The notes beneath the pieces are model-generated. The model saw nothing but the letters and a program-made list of their open reading frames with translations, ran no database searches and was not told where the DNA came from. Both the position numbers and the translations under genes were made by a program. A stretch of DNA of 49,578 bases, counting the filler, from Jimgerdemannia flammicorona (Eukaryota), in the NCBI GenBank assembly GCA_003990765.1. It is 2 parts of 2 records of this genome, joined end to end, with 100 filler letters (N's around TTAATTAATTAA, not from the genome) between each part and the next. Parts side by side here need not be neighbours in the genome. Positions count along the whole stretch, not along the records: positions 24,840 to 49,578 come from RBNJ01000933.1; 1 more part is not named here. One strand, given 5' to 3'. Below are positions 36,790-49,578 of the stretch, in pieces. Each line of letters opens with the position of its first letter. The first letter of the stretch is position 1.

Positions 36790-38340
36790 CTTTCAATAAT
36801 TAGAAAATATGTAATTATTGAAAATATATTTTATAAGTATGTTCACTAAATATATTTAGAGAGATTCTAATAGATATATATAGTAGATACATTTTGGTAT
36901 ATTCAAGTAGATTATAATATCTTTAGTCAATCTTAAGTAATACTGAGATTACTGTTATACTAAGTAAGAGTCTTTTCTATAGTTTAGAAAAAGAATTATA
37001 GTCTGTAAACAGTGAGTATACTGACTGATCATCTGCAAACTTAAAATTAATTATTATTTTACTTATATTTATTACCAAAAATTACTCTAATATATCTTAG
37101 AGTACTTTTATATACTATCTGTAATATAGTATTTCTCTATTTTAAATTTCATATTGTCTTTAAACAAAGTGTTTAATATTAGTTTATATAAAATAGTATA
37201 TATTCATTAGTCTAAGTTTTAGATATATAAGTGATATTAAAAACTTTATAATTGAAAAACTAATTTAAAAAAGAGAATTACTGAATATTTATTCATTAAT
37301 AGAAACATTAACTATTTAATTACATATCACTCTATTTTTAGCTACTATATTTAAAAGTTTTATTATCTCTCTTGAGTTCATAAACTAGAGGAGCTCATTT
37401 GCTATTAAAATTCTTCTATCTGCAAATATTAAGAAGTTTATCTATAATCTTTTGAGATATATTTCTACTTTGAAATAATAGATTTGTGAGCTAAATTTCT
37501 CTATTATTTTTCTAAAAATATAAAGGATTGTTTATATCAGTTATAACTACTCATCTGAGTTTAGAAATAAATTTATTATACTATATACATAAGTATTTTT
37601 TTACTATTAATAATCTGACTATTAGTTGGTTCATAAATAATATAATTTGCTGAACTTTAATATAGTAAATAGACTTCTCTGATCTTAAATTAAATTGTCA
37701 TTCTCTCTGAATAATTGTCTTTTCTCTTAAATTAAATTGTTATTTTTACTGAATGATGAGGTTTTCTGTTTTTGAATTGAAGATAAACCATCACTACTGA
37801 TATTATCTTGAATTATATATGTAAACTTAGCATGAGTATCTGAAATCTTTCAAGTTTATTTATATGAAATGATCAAACTTGAAATATGTATAAAATTCAA
37901 GATTAGCTTATAAACTATAGATGAATTTATAGACAATAATAGTATAATCTTAATGAACTAAAAATTTAAAAATAGACTTATTATTCTAATATTATATAAG
38001 TATATTATATATTTTGTAGATATATTGAGTTAATCTCAAAGCAGATTTGTAATTTAGATTGCAGTATAAGTAAGAAAGCTTTATATTTATATTAGATTTG
38101 AAAAGTAGAGAAGAATTTGAAGTATAATATTTTGAGTTTATAAATTTTAACAATAAGTTTAAATAATAAGTTCATAATTTCTAATTGACTTTGTACTTTT
38201 ATACTTATATAATATGCTTATACTTAGTATTTATATTTGTTTAATATATTTATACTTGCTTAATGTACTTATACTTACTTAATATACTTATGCTTGCTTA
38301 ATATACTTATACTAGCTTAATATACTTGTACTTATATATT
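36790..38340. repeat. Repeat X copy 2, right part
   Basis: Continues the match to 3176-3625 and 4089-5145 without the LTR, ending in TATACTTGCTTAA-like tandem repeats. Confidence 0.85.
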
Positions 38341-38955
38341 ATTATATTAACTAAACTCATTTTGTCATATTAACTAAATATAAGTAAGTAAGCTTTATGT
38401 TTACTTATTAGACTTTCTGATATCTATATACATATATATATATATATATTATAAATATTGCAGATATAAAAAGAGATCTTTATCTAGAAGAATTGTATCT
38501 TTTTTTATTCCTCCTATTACCATAATCTCTTTATGTTTAAAGATAACAGATTGTATCTTAAGATGAATAAAATATACCCTAGTATAAATAATAAGTATCA
38601 AGCTATGAATAATACATACTAAGCTATAAATAAATTATATCAGTTCTATGAAACTAAGGGACAATAGACCATAGACAGATCATACTAAATTATGAAGATA
38701 TATAAAACTAAGAAGTAGGTTATGAAGGTGTATAAATCCAAGAAGCAGACCATAGATAGGTCACACTAGACTATAAAGATTATGAGGTCAATACTAGTAA
38801 GTTCATAACTTCTAACTTCAATGAGAGAGTAGTTAAATAGCAAAAGACTATATAAGATTAAGATGAATAGAATGAGAACAAATAAGATAAGAGTAGAGAA
38901 GAGGATGATGAATGATCTGAGCTTACATATAATTTAGGATAATGAGATATTTCTA

Positions 38956-40149
38956 TTTTTTTTTTTTTTTAACAGACTCAATGTCTTGCAAATTTTTATT
39001 GAAAGAGAACCTAGACTATATAGGCCAAAACTCTCCCCCACCACCCATTAAGCACTGCCTCCCCATTAACCTAGGCTAGCTATTGTCTAGCAGCTTAACC
39101 ATGTCAGATGCAGTAGAGCTTATATTGGTCTATACCTCATTCTGCATACTATGCTCTCCCTACCACTAGGGAGAACTCAGCTATATGCCAATGACTGAAA
39201 GCATATGCCTGAGACCCCAACATATATACAAGACCATGCTCAAGCTGAATAGAATAGCCCCTGCCACCCCAAAGAGAATGACAGGCAAAAAAAAAACTCT
39301 CATCAAAGTACATCACAGTGGGTAGGACCTGATTCTCCCAGTCAAGGTAAGTAAAGGACTTATACATGAAGTGGGAGGAGATCTCCAATACTCCACTACT
39401 CAAGTCTGCAGGCCTCAATCATATTGCTGTGTTAGCTCCTAGTTCCAGTTGAGTGTAGCTAAGATATCTGAAATAGATAGCCTCAGGTCCCCTGACCTCC
39501 CTCAATGATCAGAGCCCAACCCATCAAATTGCCAAAAGAAGCTGAGAGTAATATGTACCTACTACCTAACTGCTCTATACTAATCAAAAGGCCCCACTGA
39601 AGCAGTACTCACCCCAGCCCCAATAACTGCCCCCAGCCTGATATCCTACTAGTTTACTGTTATTAATCTTTCTTCTATCTGTAACAGCCATCTCCCCTCC
39701 CATCCTGACAATACCTGAAAAACAGTCACCTATACCAGAACTACACTTGTCAGAAAGTTTGCCAAAGCCAAAGAGCCCCACTATAGGCACTGAGGACCTA
39801 CAGGTAACCTATACTGAGCACTTGATGCCCAAGGTCAGCTGACTCCCTACATAGCCTGAAATATACTGAGACAGTACCTTATTAGCAATGGCAAAAGGAA
39901 GAAGGCACTATACCAAAATGAATATACTCCAGATATAGCTGAAGATACCAGAAACTATGAAAAAGTAGAGAAGATGCTGATCCAATATTGATAAAGGGGC
40001 AACTTATCACCATTACCTCCCTCCTACTGTTCTGCAATAGATATAGCAAACCAACCCAAGGTAGAGGGGGTAATAATTGTAGAAAGTAAACTTGGAAGAT
40101 TGCCTACTAAACCATTGTGACCAGTAAGATAGTGGAGAAAGAGAGTTTG
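38956..40149 (-). mobile_element. 1.19-kb retroposed unit, copy 2 (divergent middle), complete with poly(A) and TSD
   Basis: T15 tail at 38956-38970 and TSD AATGAGATATTTCTA at 38941-38955 and 40150-40164. Confidence 0.9.
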
Positions 40150-41779
40150 AATGAGATATTTCTATATAGTAAGATGCTTTCAGATAATAAGATACTTCTA
40201 GATGATGAGATACTTTCAGACAACAATGTACTTCTGGATAATAAGGTACTTTAGAATAATAATATAGAGACTTATTTGGTCAGATATATAGAATAGATGG
40301 TTTTTGGTAATAAGTTCATAAATTATAATTTATATATTATAGCTTATTTGTGAATATGAATTGAATTTTTATATTATAATTTAGCAGATCTATAGGTATC
40401 AGTAGTCTCTGTTAAAAATATAAGATTAATAAAGTAATCTGGAAGCTTGCAGTAGACATACTTCTTCAATATCTTTTCCTTAAAGATCTTTTTCCAAAGT
40501 ATAATAGTAATCTGAAAACAGATATTATTATTAAAATTTTGAAGGACATGGGCTTAAAGACCAAAGATAGTGATGGTTTAATTTATACTATAGTGAGTTT
40601 CATTTACATTCTATTTATATATTTATTTGGCAGTTCACAAACTCAACCATTTTTATTTTTATATAGTTATACTATCAAATTATAATCTACTATTCTCATA
40701 TTCATAAAGTCTTTGACAAAAAGTTTGATCAAATCTTCTTTGATATAAACTAGCTAAGATCTATAGCTCTAAAAGATCTTACTTATACTTGCCAATAAGT
40801 GGTATAATATTTGCAAGTCTAGAATAATTTTATTTATCTGAAAGATGATAAGGATGAGCTCAACAAGCTATTCTATAGTAACTTATAAAGCAACTGCTCT
40901 ATTTCATATTCTTCAAATGGAAATCTTAGTTTGTGAATATGTTTCAAAAAGACAAATATATTAATCTATATAGTTGCTATTATTTACATATTTTTAAGTA
41001 TATTTTCAAGTTTGTAGATTTATATTTATTAGTATATACTTATTTCTTTATATAATTATAGCTAGATTATATTATCTGGCCTGATGCCTTACTAAGAACT
41101 TTTAATAAAAGAGAGTAAAAGAAAATATATATGAAATAGCTTAAGATGATTAATAAGATTCATAACCACATTGATCTACTTGAGATTAAAAAAATAGTTT
41201 GTGATCTATATAAAGATATTGACTTAGATAAAGACAATGAGATAATTAATATCTCTAATATTCTTCTTTTATTAAATAAGGATGATCTAATCTAAGAGAG
41301 AGATGAGTAGAATATAGAATAAGATATATAGTAGTAAGAGGAACTATTTGCAGAAAAAGAAAGTATTTGTAGAAGGAAAGTATCTATAGAGAAAAATTGT
41401 TCACAGAAGTGTTTATAAATAAAAAAAGAAATAAAATAGTCTTTTTTGAAAATTCAACCTTATATATACCCATTATTTGCAAGTTATTTATATCTATAGA
41501 ATATAAGTTTATACTTATATTAAAGAGTTTATATCTGTGGAATATTAGTTCATTACTTATATTAAAGAGTTTATATTTATAGCAAATATTTAAATTTATA
41601 TATATATTCTTATCTATAAAATATGTTCAAGTTTATAATATACTATTATAAATATATACTAGAATTTATAGATTTCTAATAAATATACTTAGAACTGAAT
41701 TATTTTTTCATGATAAACCTGCTAGAATCTTCACTAATACTTAATGTCCAAGATTAGTCAACTCTCTATATAATCTATA

Positions 41780-42030
41780 ATACCTTATGATAATAGCTTA
41801 TTAGTGATAGCAAAAGAAAGAAAGTACTATATCAAAATAAGTATATCTCAGATATAGTCAAAGATACTAATTTAATATCAATAAAGAGATAACTCATTAC
41901 TATTGTTTCTCTTCTACTACTCTACAATAGATATAATAAATCAACTTAAGATAGAGAGAGTATAAGTTGTAGAAAAGAACCCTAAAAGATTACTTATCAA
42001 ATCTTATAACTAGTAAAAAAAAAGAGCCCA
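41780..42030 (-). mobile_element. Decayed 5' fragment of the 1.19-kb unit
   Basis: Aligns to ~39850-40140 with heavy transition decay. Confidence 0.65.
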
Positions 42031-42949
42031 TAAGTACTGAACTATTTACTATTACTTACTATTTACTAACTCTATAATATTTTTAAATAGTTTACTTAAT
42101 TAATTATATTTTTTCTTATTATTTCTTAATTATTCTATAATATTTTAATACTTTTTAAATATTTAATACTTTTTTCTTAGTACTAAGCTATAGTTAAAAT
42201 ACTTTTATTTATTTTTTAGTATTAAATATCTTATTTTAGCTAGTTATAGAAACTTATAAAATATTATAGAACTTTATTATATTTAGCTTAGACTTTATCT
42301 TAGTATTTTTTCTTTTTTTTCTTTTCAGATCTTACTTTTAAAGCTTATCTCTTAAATAGTATATAGAAATATCTTTTTAGTAGTAATTTTTTTTATTAAA
42401 AATCTGATTTTTCAAGTTTATATTTTCAGTTAAAAATATAACTCAATTTATCTAATTTAATTTTTTTTTTTTTTTTAATAAAATTTTATTCAAAGGTAAA
42501 AAAAAGTATAGTTAAAAAGTTATTTTAATTTTCAGACTTACAAATTTTCAAAAATTTGCAGCCAAATTTGGCTACATTACTATCTAAGTAAAGACAAAAT
42601 ATTAATATATATATATTTAAACTAAGTTTTATTTATTTATAATAATTAGAATATTATAAAAATATTATATATAATACCAGAGAGTTTAAAGATATTGATA
42701 TTTAATACTAGTAGTATATTTCTAATATTTTATTTAACTTAAAAGATAATAAAAGATTATGAATAATTTTATAAGACTGGTGCTTATAAAAATAGATATA
42801 AAAACATCTTTCTCTAGTAATATTCAGATTATACAACCTTCTGACAATACTTATGATAAAGTTTTTAGAGAAAAAATACTAGTAACATAGTAAGTGATGA
42901 GTATTTTGAGGTATATACTGGATAGGGAGGCCTAAGTATATTTGACTAG

Positions 42950-45900
42950 TAATATATGGGAAGAGGCCCTGACTTGGGGGAAAGTATGAGGGGCCTGTTG
43001 ACAGGTGGATATAGAAGAAGAGGAAGTAGTATAAGAGAACAGAGAATTAGAAGAGTGAGCTTTACCAATAAAATAAAGGAGAGAGGGCTGGCAACTGGAC
43101 TGGAAAGTTAGCTGAGGAGGAGAAAGGAGATAGTGATGAATATAGAGCAGCAGCTATAAGAAGGAGTCTCTCTGGGGGGCCAGAGTAGGGGGGCTAGTAG
43201 TGTAGTAGCTGAGGGAGTGACTACTGATAAGAGTATGATAGGCAGGACTGCTAATGATAGACCAAGTTATGGGAAAGATACAAGGCCTAGTAACTTGATC
43301 AATAGTATAACAGACCTAGTAGTGGCCTCATTACTCAAGAAGTCAATCTCAGAGTTTGTGGTTACCTTATACTTCCAAGACTTAGCAGTAATAGCAAAAA
43401 TAGTCTTAGGGCTAATTGCTAAGCAAATGAAAGATATAGTATCTGTTAAGTTTCTGAGGGACCTGGAAGGGGTGGAGGTGGGTTTTAAGAAGGCTGGGCC
43501 ATTAGAGGATACACTAAAGACTAGGTTGATAGTTGGAGAGATATGTATCCTGATGACATACTGCTTAAGGTGAGATCCCAGAGTAGTATAGCTCCTGGTG
43601 AAAGGAATTCCTATGGTGACTGCAGTGGAGACAAGGAGGAGAGTTGAGGAAGTCATGGCTAAGTATGGAGAGATGGTCGATATAGGGTTCAGGGTCTGGA
43701 AAGAGACCTCTTTTTGGACTGGAAATGTCAACATCTGGATTCAGTTAGCAGAGAGAGAGGCTATTGGAAAGGCTCATAATTGGTCTTTAGTGATAGTGTA
43801 GAGAGTCTTTGTATACAAGATGATGAGGGTAAAGAGGAGTAAGAAGGAGGAAGAAGATCTGTTGGAGATACTAAAGGAGCTGAATAGTATAGTAGAGCAA
43901 AGAGTAAAGGCTTAAAAGGTATATATGGAGTCAATACACTTGAAGATTATTGATAGGAAGCATGTTTAAGTAGATAAGGAGCCATAGAAGAGGTCTCAAG
44001 AATGCAAGAGATAGAGGAAGTTGCTAATGAAACTAGAAGAAGAGGTGAAGAGGGCTGCTGATAGTAGTGAGGATACTGGAGGAGCCAAAGTAAGTATCTG
44101 GGTCAGCAGAAGTGGTGAGAATATAGAGGTAGGAGCCAGGAAGGTACTAAGCAAGGATCTGTATAAGGATAGTATATATATTTGAAGTCTGAGAGAATAC
44201 TGCTCCTTCTTTTATTAGGCAGAGACCAGCTGTGAGAGATCAGGCAGCAGAGAATATACTAATGTATGATGCCCAGTGAGTGTACTTTAGAGTTCCTAAG
44301 GTAATAAAGAGAGAATAGGTGGTAGTGGCTGGTGAGGATAAACTAGTAGATATCTCAGAGGAGAAGTGAGATGAGGCTGCAAGTATAGAAATAGATACCT
44401 TGATACTGGGTGAAGGAAGACCAGTGACTTCAGGGAAGAAGGAGGTGGAAAACCTACTATAGATGTACTGGATAATGAACAACTTCACAGCTGAAGAGTT
44501 GAGAGAAGTGGACCTGAGAGTGATGAGTGACAAGCATTGGGCCCAGGTCCTGTATAGCAATAGAGTGGTGGAGACACTGAAGGTAGAGGTGCTTGCAGTT
44601 TTCCTGGAGGAGGAAGGGTATGAGGTTGATAAGGAGAGAGATACTGAGCTAGTGGTTGCTGCTAGTGAGTAGGCTGCTTTCTGTTGGACAGAGTGTTATA
44701 GATTATAGCTCTGGCAGGAGATCTGCCTAAAGTATCATGAGAATTTTGAGGAAAAGGAGGATGAGGAATTAACTGAACTTCTGATTAGATTGGAGGCAAG
44801 AAGAGTTAAAGAGGAGGTAGTGGCTGGGAAACATGACTTAGACTTAGCTCAGAAAAGAATAGATGTGAAGTTGTAGAGAGTGGATATAACTCTTAATATT
44901 ATTTCTTATAAATAGTACAACAAATATTTTTTCTTTGAATATGATGGACTGAGGAGTTCAGTTAGGTGTTAGAACATTTTTACTTATTTGAAGAGCTTGG
45001 AGGCTGATCTCTTTCTTTTACAGGATATTAGATATGAAGATGACTTAAATAGACTGAATTGGACAACAGAATGAGAAGGTGTCATAGTTTGGAAGAGAAA
45101 GGTTGGAATTTGGTATAGAGAGACAGAGAGGAGATACAAGATATGAGAAGCTGAGGGGACAGACTGATCTGGAGAGAGTGGATTTGACTAGGTTAGGAGC
45201 CAGTTATAGTGGGGTCCTATTACTGCCCTGCTGTATATAGTGAGAGAGTAGACTGGGTGAAGAGACTCCTAGAGAGTGGGATACTTGTGGGAGCTAAAGT
45301 AGATATTCTTGAAGGAGACTTTAATATAGTCCAGGATGCATTGGTGGATAGGACTGATAGAGGGCAGGGGACTATGGACAGGAGTGGGGGGTTGGAGACA
45401 TAGAAGAAAGTAGAGAGATTGAGTGCTCTAGTGGATGCTGGCAGGGGGTTCTGGGGTAATTGAAAAGTATATACATACTGAGCAAATGGTCTGAATATAA
45501 GGATTGACTGGATGCTAATAGCAGACTATTGGGGCTTAGATGTTTAGAAGTCACTAGAGACTGAGTAGTATCTGTAGTCTGATTACTAGAGACTATTGGG
45601 GCAGGGATATTTCAGGGAGAGTGGGGATGGACCTGGACATTGACACCTCAATTCCTCTTTGTTGGCTGAGAAGAGCTTATGGGACAAGTGGGTGGAGGAC
45701 ATTTGGCAGAGAATAGAGGGCTGGATACTAGAGGGGGCCATAGTTGATATCAGATGGGTGAGGTTGAAGAAGGCTGCTAGAGTTTACTAGAGTGAAGCTA
45801 GCAAGATAACAGAAAGGCAGAGAAAGAGGAGGGTGGCCTGAACTTCTGCTAGATTGGCTGGACTTCTGGAGGACTGGGCTGGTCTCTTGGCCCTGGAGTG

Positions 45901-48384
45901 GGTGGAGGACTGGAGGGTGATGAGGGTAAAGCTAGAGATTGTAGAGTTATAACAGGTATTGAGGGGGGAGGAGAAGATGAGAGTGTGGAGTCTGGCTGCA
46001 AGACTATGCTGGCAGAGATTGGAGGAAGAGGAGAGGCCCTCTAGGTACCTTTCAAGGACCCTTTGAGTGAGGAGAGTGAAGTAGTAATGAGAATGAGTTC
46101 TTGATTCTGGTGGCCTACTGTACATAGTTTACAAGATATTCTGAGCTTATTGAAGGAGAGATAGAGTGGTTTGTGGAGTGAAGAAGAGGGTGGGGCTAAT
46201 GCTGCCACCATAGAATGCACTTTGGAGGAATAGTACCTACTGCAGATTGATGAGCTGGATGGTTTGATGACACTAGTTCAGAAGGAGGAAATTTATCAGA
46301 TTCTTGTCATAACTATACTAGATATGGTACCAGGAGAGGATAGACTGCTCTGGGACTTTTGGAAGAATATGGTAGATGTCTCTAAAGTGATGGAGGAGTT
46401 AATGGCACTTTGTGACTTAGTACTACAGTCTGAAAGATGGATGAGAGAGCAGAATCTAGGACTAGTAGCTCTGCTCTTTAAGGACAAGAGTAGGAGGGAG
46501 AACTGGAGGAACTGATAGCCCATTGTGCTACTGGACATAGACAGAAAGCTGATCACTAAGGTGGTGGTAGTATGGCTGCAGAAGGTGGCTCAGCAAGTCT
46601 TAGGTAAGGAGTAGTAGGGTTTTGTAGAGGGCCAACTCATTAGAGATGATATGGCCTTGGTGTATGGTGTTATTGAAAGAACTTGGGCCTATAGACTGAA
46701 TGAGAGATTGGTCTTCTTGGATCAGAAGAAAGTATATGACCATTGCAGTGAGTCTGACTAGTGAAGGTTCTAGACAAGATTAATGTCTCTCAGTGGTTTT
46801 GAGTAGTAATGGTCAGTCTACTAGAAGGGAGTAGAGTGGTGCTCATGTATAATTAATATAGAGGGGTAGTATTTCCTCTAGAGAGGGGTGTTTCCCAGAG
46901 AGACCCACTGTTCTCTATCTTATATACTTTGTTCTTGGAGCCATTAATAGATAGGATAAGGTAGAAGATTGTAGAGCTCTCCATATTCAGCATTGTATAG
47001 AAGGTTGGAGCCTTTGCAGATGATATGGTAGTTGGTCTGGAGTCAATTGCTGATATCAAGGAACTTTGGAAAATAGTGAAGTAGTATGAGACATACTCTG
47101 AGGTTAAACTTAACTAGTATAAGTACAAAATGATAGTGTTAGGTAATGGCCTAGTAGAAGGGAATATTATTAAAATAATTGTCCCTACAGGAGAGGCTGT
47201 GAGGTACTTAGGTATCTATCTCTCTATATATGGGTCAGTCCTGCCATAACCTTAGTAGGAGCATTGAGTGGTTATCTGGAGAGAGGTCCTGTGGGGTTGG
47301 AGAGGCTGCTACCTTTTCTTGGCAGGATATATTACAATTCTGAATATCTACTGACTATTCAAGATGTGGTATTTGGTATACCATCTAGACTTTCTGGTCT
47401 GAGTGGTGAAGAGACTATTGAAGCTGGCCAAAGATTAGATCTGAGCTGGACAGAGGAGTCAGATTGGCTGAAAAATCTTATCATTATCAGTAGCTAGAGG
47501 AGGCCTTGGGCTGGTTGACTTCCCAAAGAGGTTGTACTATCTGAGAGCATAGTGGTTGAAGAGAGCAGCAGAACTAAGGAGTAATAGCTGGGTTTCTCTA
47601 ATAAAGAAGATCTGGGAGATAAGGTGCTCACTGAGAGGAACTACCAGGAATTTATTATCCTTGGTTGGGCTTCTAAATAGTAGATATATGAGATTTAAGA
47701 GCTTCTGGTAAAGAGTAATAGATGAGGCTCACTGCATTGGAATTTGCTGTTAGAGGGATAAGGGAGAGATGTCTTGGAGCCCAGCAATGTAGAGATAGGA
47801 TTGAGTATTACTAGGGAGTACTCTCCTTATAGACTTTGATATTAATAATAGAGTAGAGTACCAAAGGGGGATGGGACAGGATGTATGGTCAAGCAGCTGA
47901 CAGATAGTGGAAATTGGTAAGGAGTGGAACTGGAATAGAGTCTGGACCTGGAGTACAAAGATGAGGCAATAGTTGTCACCTAAGTACTGGATAGTTTGGT
48001 GGCATATATTGTAGAGAAATATTATACTCAACTTTTGCTCAGGCTACTTTGTAGAGGGGGGGAACTTTGACTATAAGAAGTGCTATAATGTAGATCAGAA
48101 TAGGAGATTTGTATAGATGTCAGAATATTAGCTGAGGGAGTATAAGGTACTTGGTGATTTCTGGTTAGTAGTCAGAAATAGATTGGGTGCTATATATAAG
48201 GGGAATAGTGAGCAAAGTTGATAGGAGAATCTGAGAGATAGATTGGTGGGGGGGGGTAGGGAAGGAGTGACTGACTTTGGATTAGGTATTAGTAGTATGG
48301 GTGAGACTAGCAGGTTACTGGCTATTTGTATTCAAGGAAGAAAAGAGTTTGAGTTTGAGAGAGCAGTTAGTGAGATGAGAAGAG
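42950..48384 (+). mobile_element. Near full-length decayed L1/Tx1-like LINE (ORF1; ORF2 with APE, RT and CCHC remnant)
   Basis: ORF2 from ~44908. RT motifs PGED.L, NWRN..PI.LLD.DRKL, FLDQKK.YD, RGV.Q.DPL, AFADDM and RYLGI; zinc-finger remnant at ~48070-48145. Confidence 0.9.
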
Positions 48385-49578
48385 TCCCTTTCTCCACTAT
48401 CTTACTGGTCATAAGGTTTGGTAGGCAATCTTTCAAGTCCCCTTTCTCTTATTATTACCTCCTCTACCTTGAGTTGATTTGCTGTATCTATATGGGTATG
48501 GTGGGAGAAGGGTAATGATGATGAGTTGCCCCTTTATCAGTGTCAGATCAGTATCTTCTCTACTTTTTTATAGTTTCTGGTACCTTCAGCTATATCTGGA
48601 GTATATTTATTTTAGTGTGACACCTTCTTCCTTTTGCCATCATCAACAAGATGCAATCTCAGTATATTATGGATTACATAGGAAGTTGGCTAACCTTGGA
48701 TATCAAGTGCTCAGTATAGGTTACCTACAGGTCCTCAGTGCCTGTAGTGAGGCCCTCTGACTTTGGTGAGCTTCCCAGCAAGCATGGTTCTAGTATAGGT
48801 GACTGTTTTTCAGGTATTGTCAGGATGGGAGGGGAGATGGCTGTCATAGATAAGAAGATGGGTGATAACAGTGAACCAGTGGGGTCCAGGCTAGAGGTAG
48901 TCATCAGGGCTGGGATAGACAATATTTTGGTAGAGCCTTTCAATTGGCTGATAGGGAGTGGAGTGGTGCAGGGGCTGGCATCCTGGCTGTACTCAACTGG
49001 AATCAGGAGCTGATATGGCAATGCAATTGAGGCCCACAGGTTTAGGGAGTGGGGCCTTCCTCATTTGGCAGTACCTGACTAGAACTAGGAGCTGACATGG
49101 TAATGTGATCAAGGCCCACAGGCTTAGAGAGTGGGAGTGGGGTCTTTTTAGGCCCTAGTCTATATATAAGTTCTTTGAGAAAGGTGCTATATATGTATAA
49201 GTCCTTTACTCATCTGCTTTGAATCCACTTTACTCTCTATTGGTTAGTTGGGGGGTTTTTTCTTTGCCTCAGGCTTTCTTTTCAGATTTGGGAGGCTATT
49301 CTTTATTCAGTCCCAGTACTGCTAGATCTGATGTATAGGTGTATTCTCATGTATAAATGATGATCCAGCTCTAGTAAGCAGACAAATTTAGTCTATATTG
49401 TTGGAATCAATGTAGCCAGTGTTCAACAGACATGGCTAGAGTGGTGGGACTGCTGGACAATTTAGTAGCCTAGGTTAATGAGGGGATATTGTTTGGTGAG
49501 TGGTGGGGGAGGGTTTTGGCCTATATAGTCTAGGTTTCCTTCCAATAAAAATCCGCAGGACTATGAGTCTGTTAAAAA
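48385..49578 (+). mobile_element. 1.19-kb retroposed unit, copy 3, directly abutting the LINE ORF2 end
   Basis: Colinear with 23551-24739; the window ends in its A-tail. Confidence 0.88.

Noticed and set aside
38400..41700. Acidic, repeat-containing relic (18-bp repeats at ~40173-40262) hosting the retroposon
   Set aside because: Probably a decayed TE gene, but no family-diagnostic motif was found, so it was not called.
49240..49548. Sense frame ending at TAA/AATAAA as a LINE ORF2 C-terminus
   Set aside because: It has several stops and no diagnostic motif. Any stop can be explained by a single C>T, so that argument carries no weight alone.

Overview
Eukaryotic DNA, most likely fungal; the methyltransferase style suggests Mucoromycota (inference only). 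About 90% is nested, C>T/G>A-decayed transposable elements. These surround one CpG-intact island (~19.0-23.2 kb) holding a divergent gene pair: a frameshifted F-box + PP2-like gene (-) and an intact 8-exon LaeA-like SAM methyltransferase (+). The TEs include a Ty3/Gypsy family present as two proviruses, two solo LTRs and one partial related LTR. Its layout is unusual: gag-PR-(Cys/His motif)-dUTPase-RT-RNaseH in one frame, integrase as a separate ORF, and a conserved third ORF before the 3' LTR, with all copies inserted at 4-bp ATAH sites. Also present are older chromovirus, Gypsy and Copia relics, an 8.7-kb composite hAT with TIRs and an 8-bp TSD, two L1/Tx1-like LINEs, a 1.19-kb poly(A)-tailed retroposed unit with a fixed 5' end, and a 104-bp retroposed fragment. 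An artificial 100-bp N/TTAATTAATTAA linker at 24740-24839 means the two halves may not be truly adjacent. All calls were made by eye without database searches; boundaries of decayed relics are approximate.
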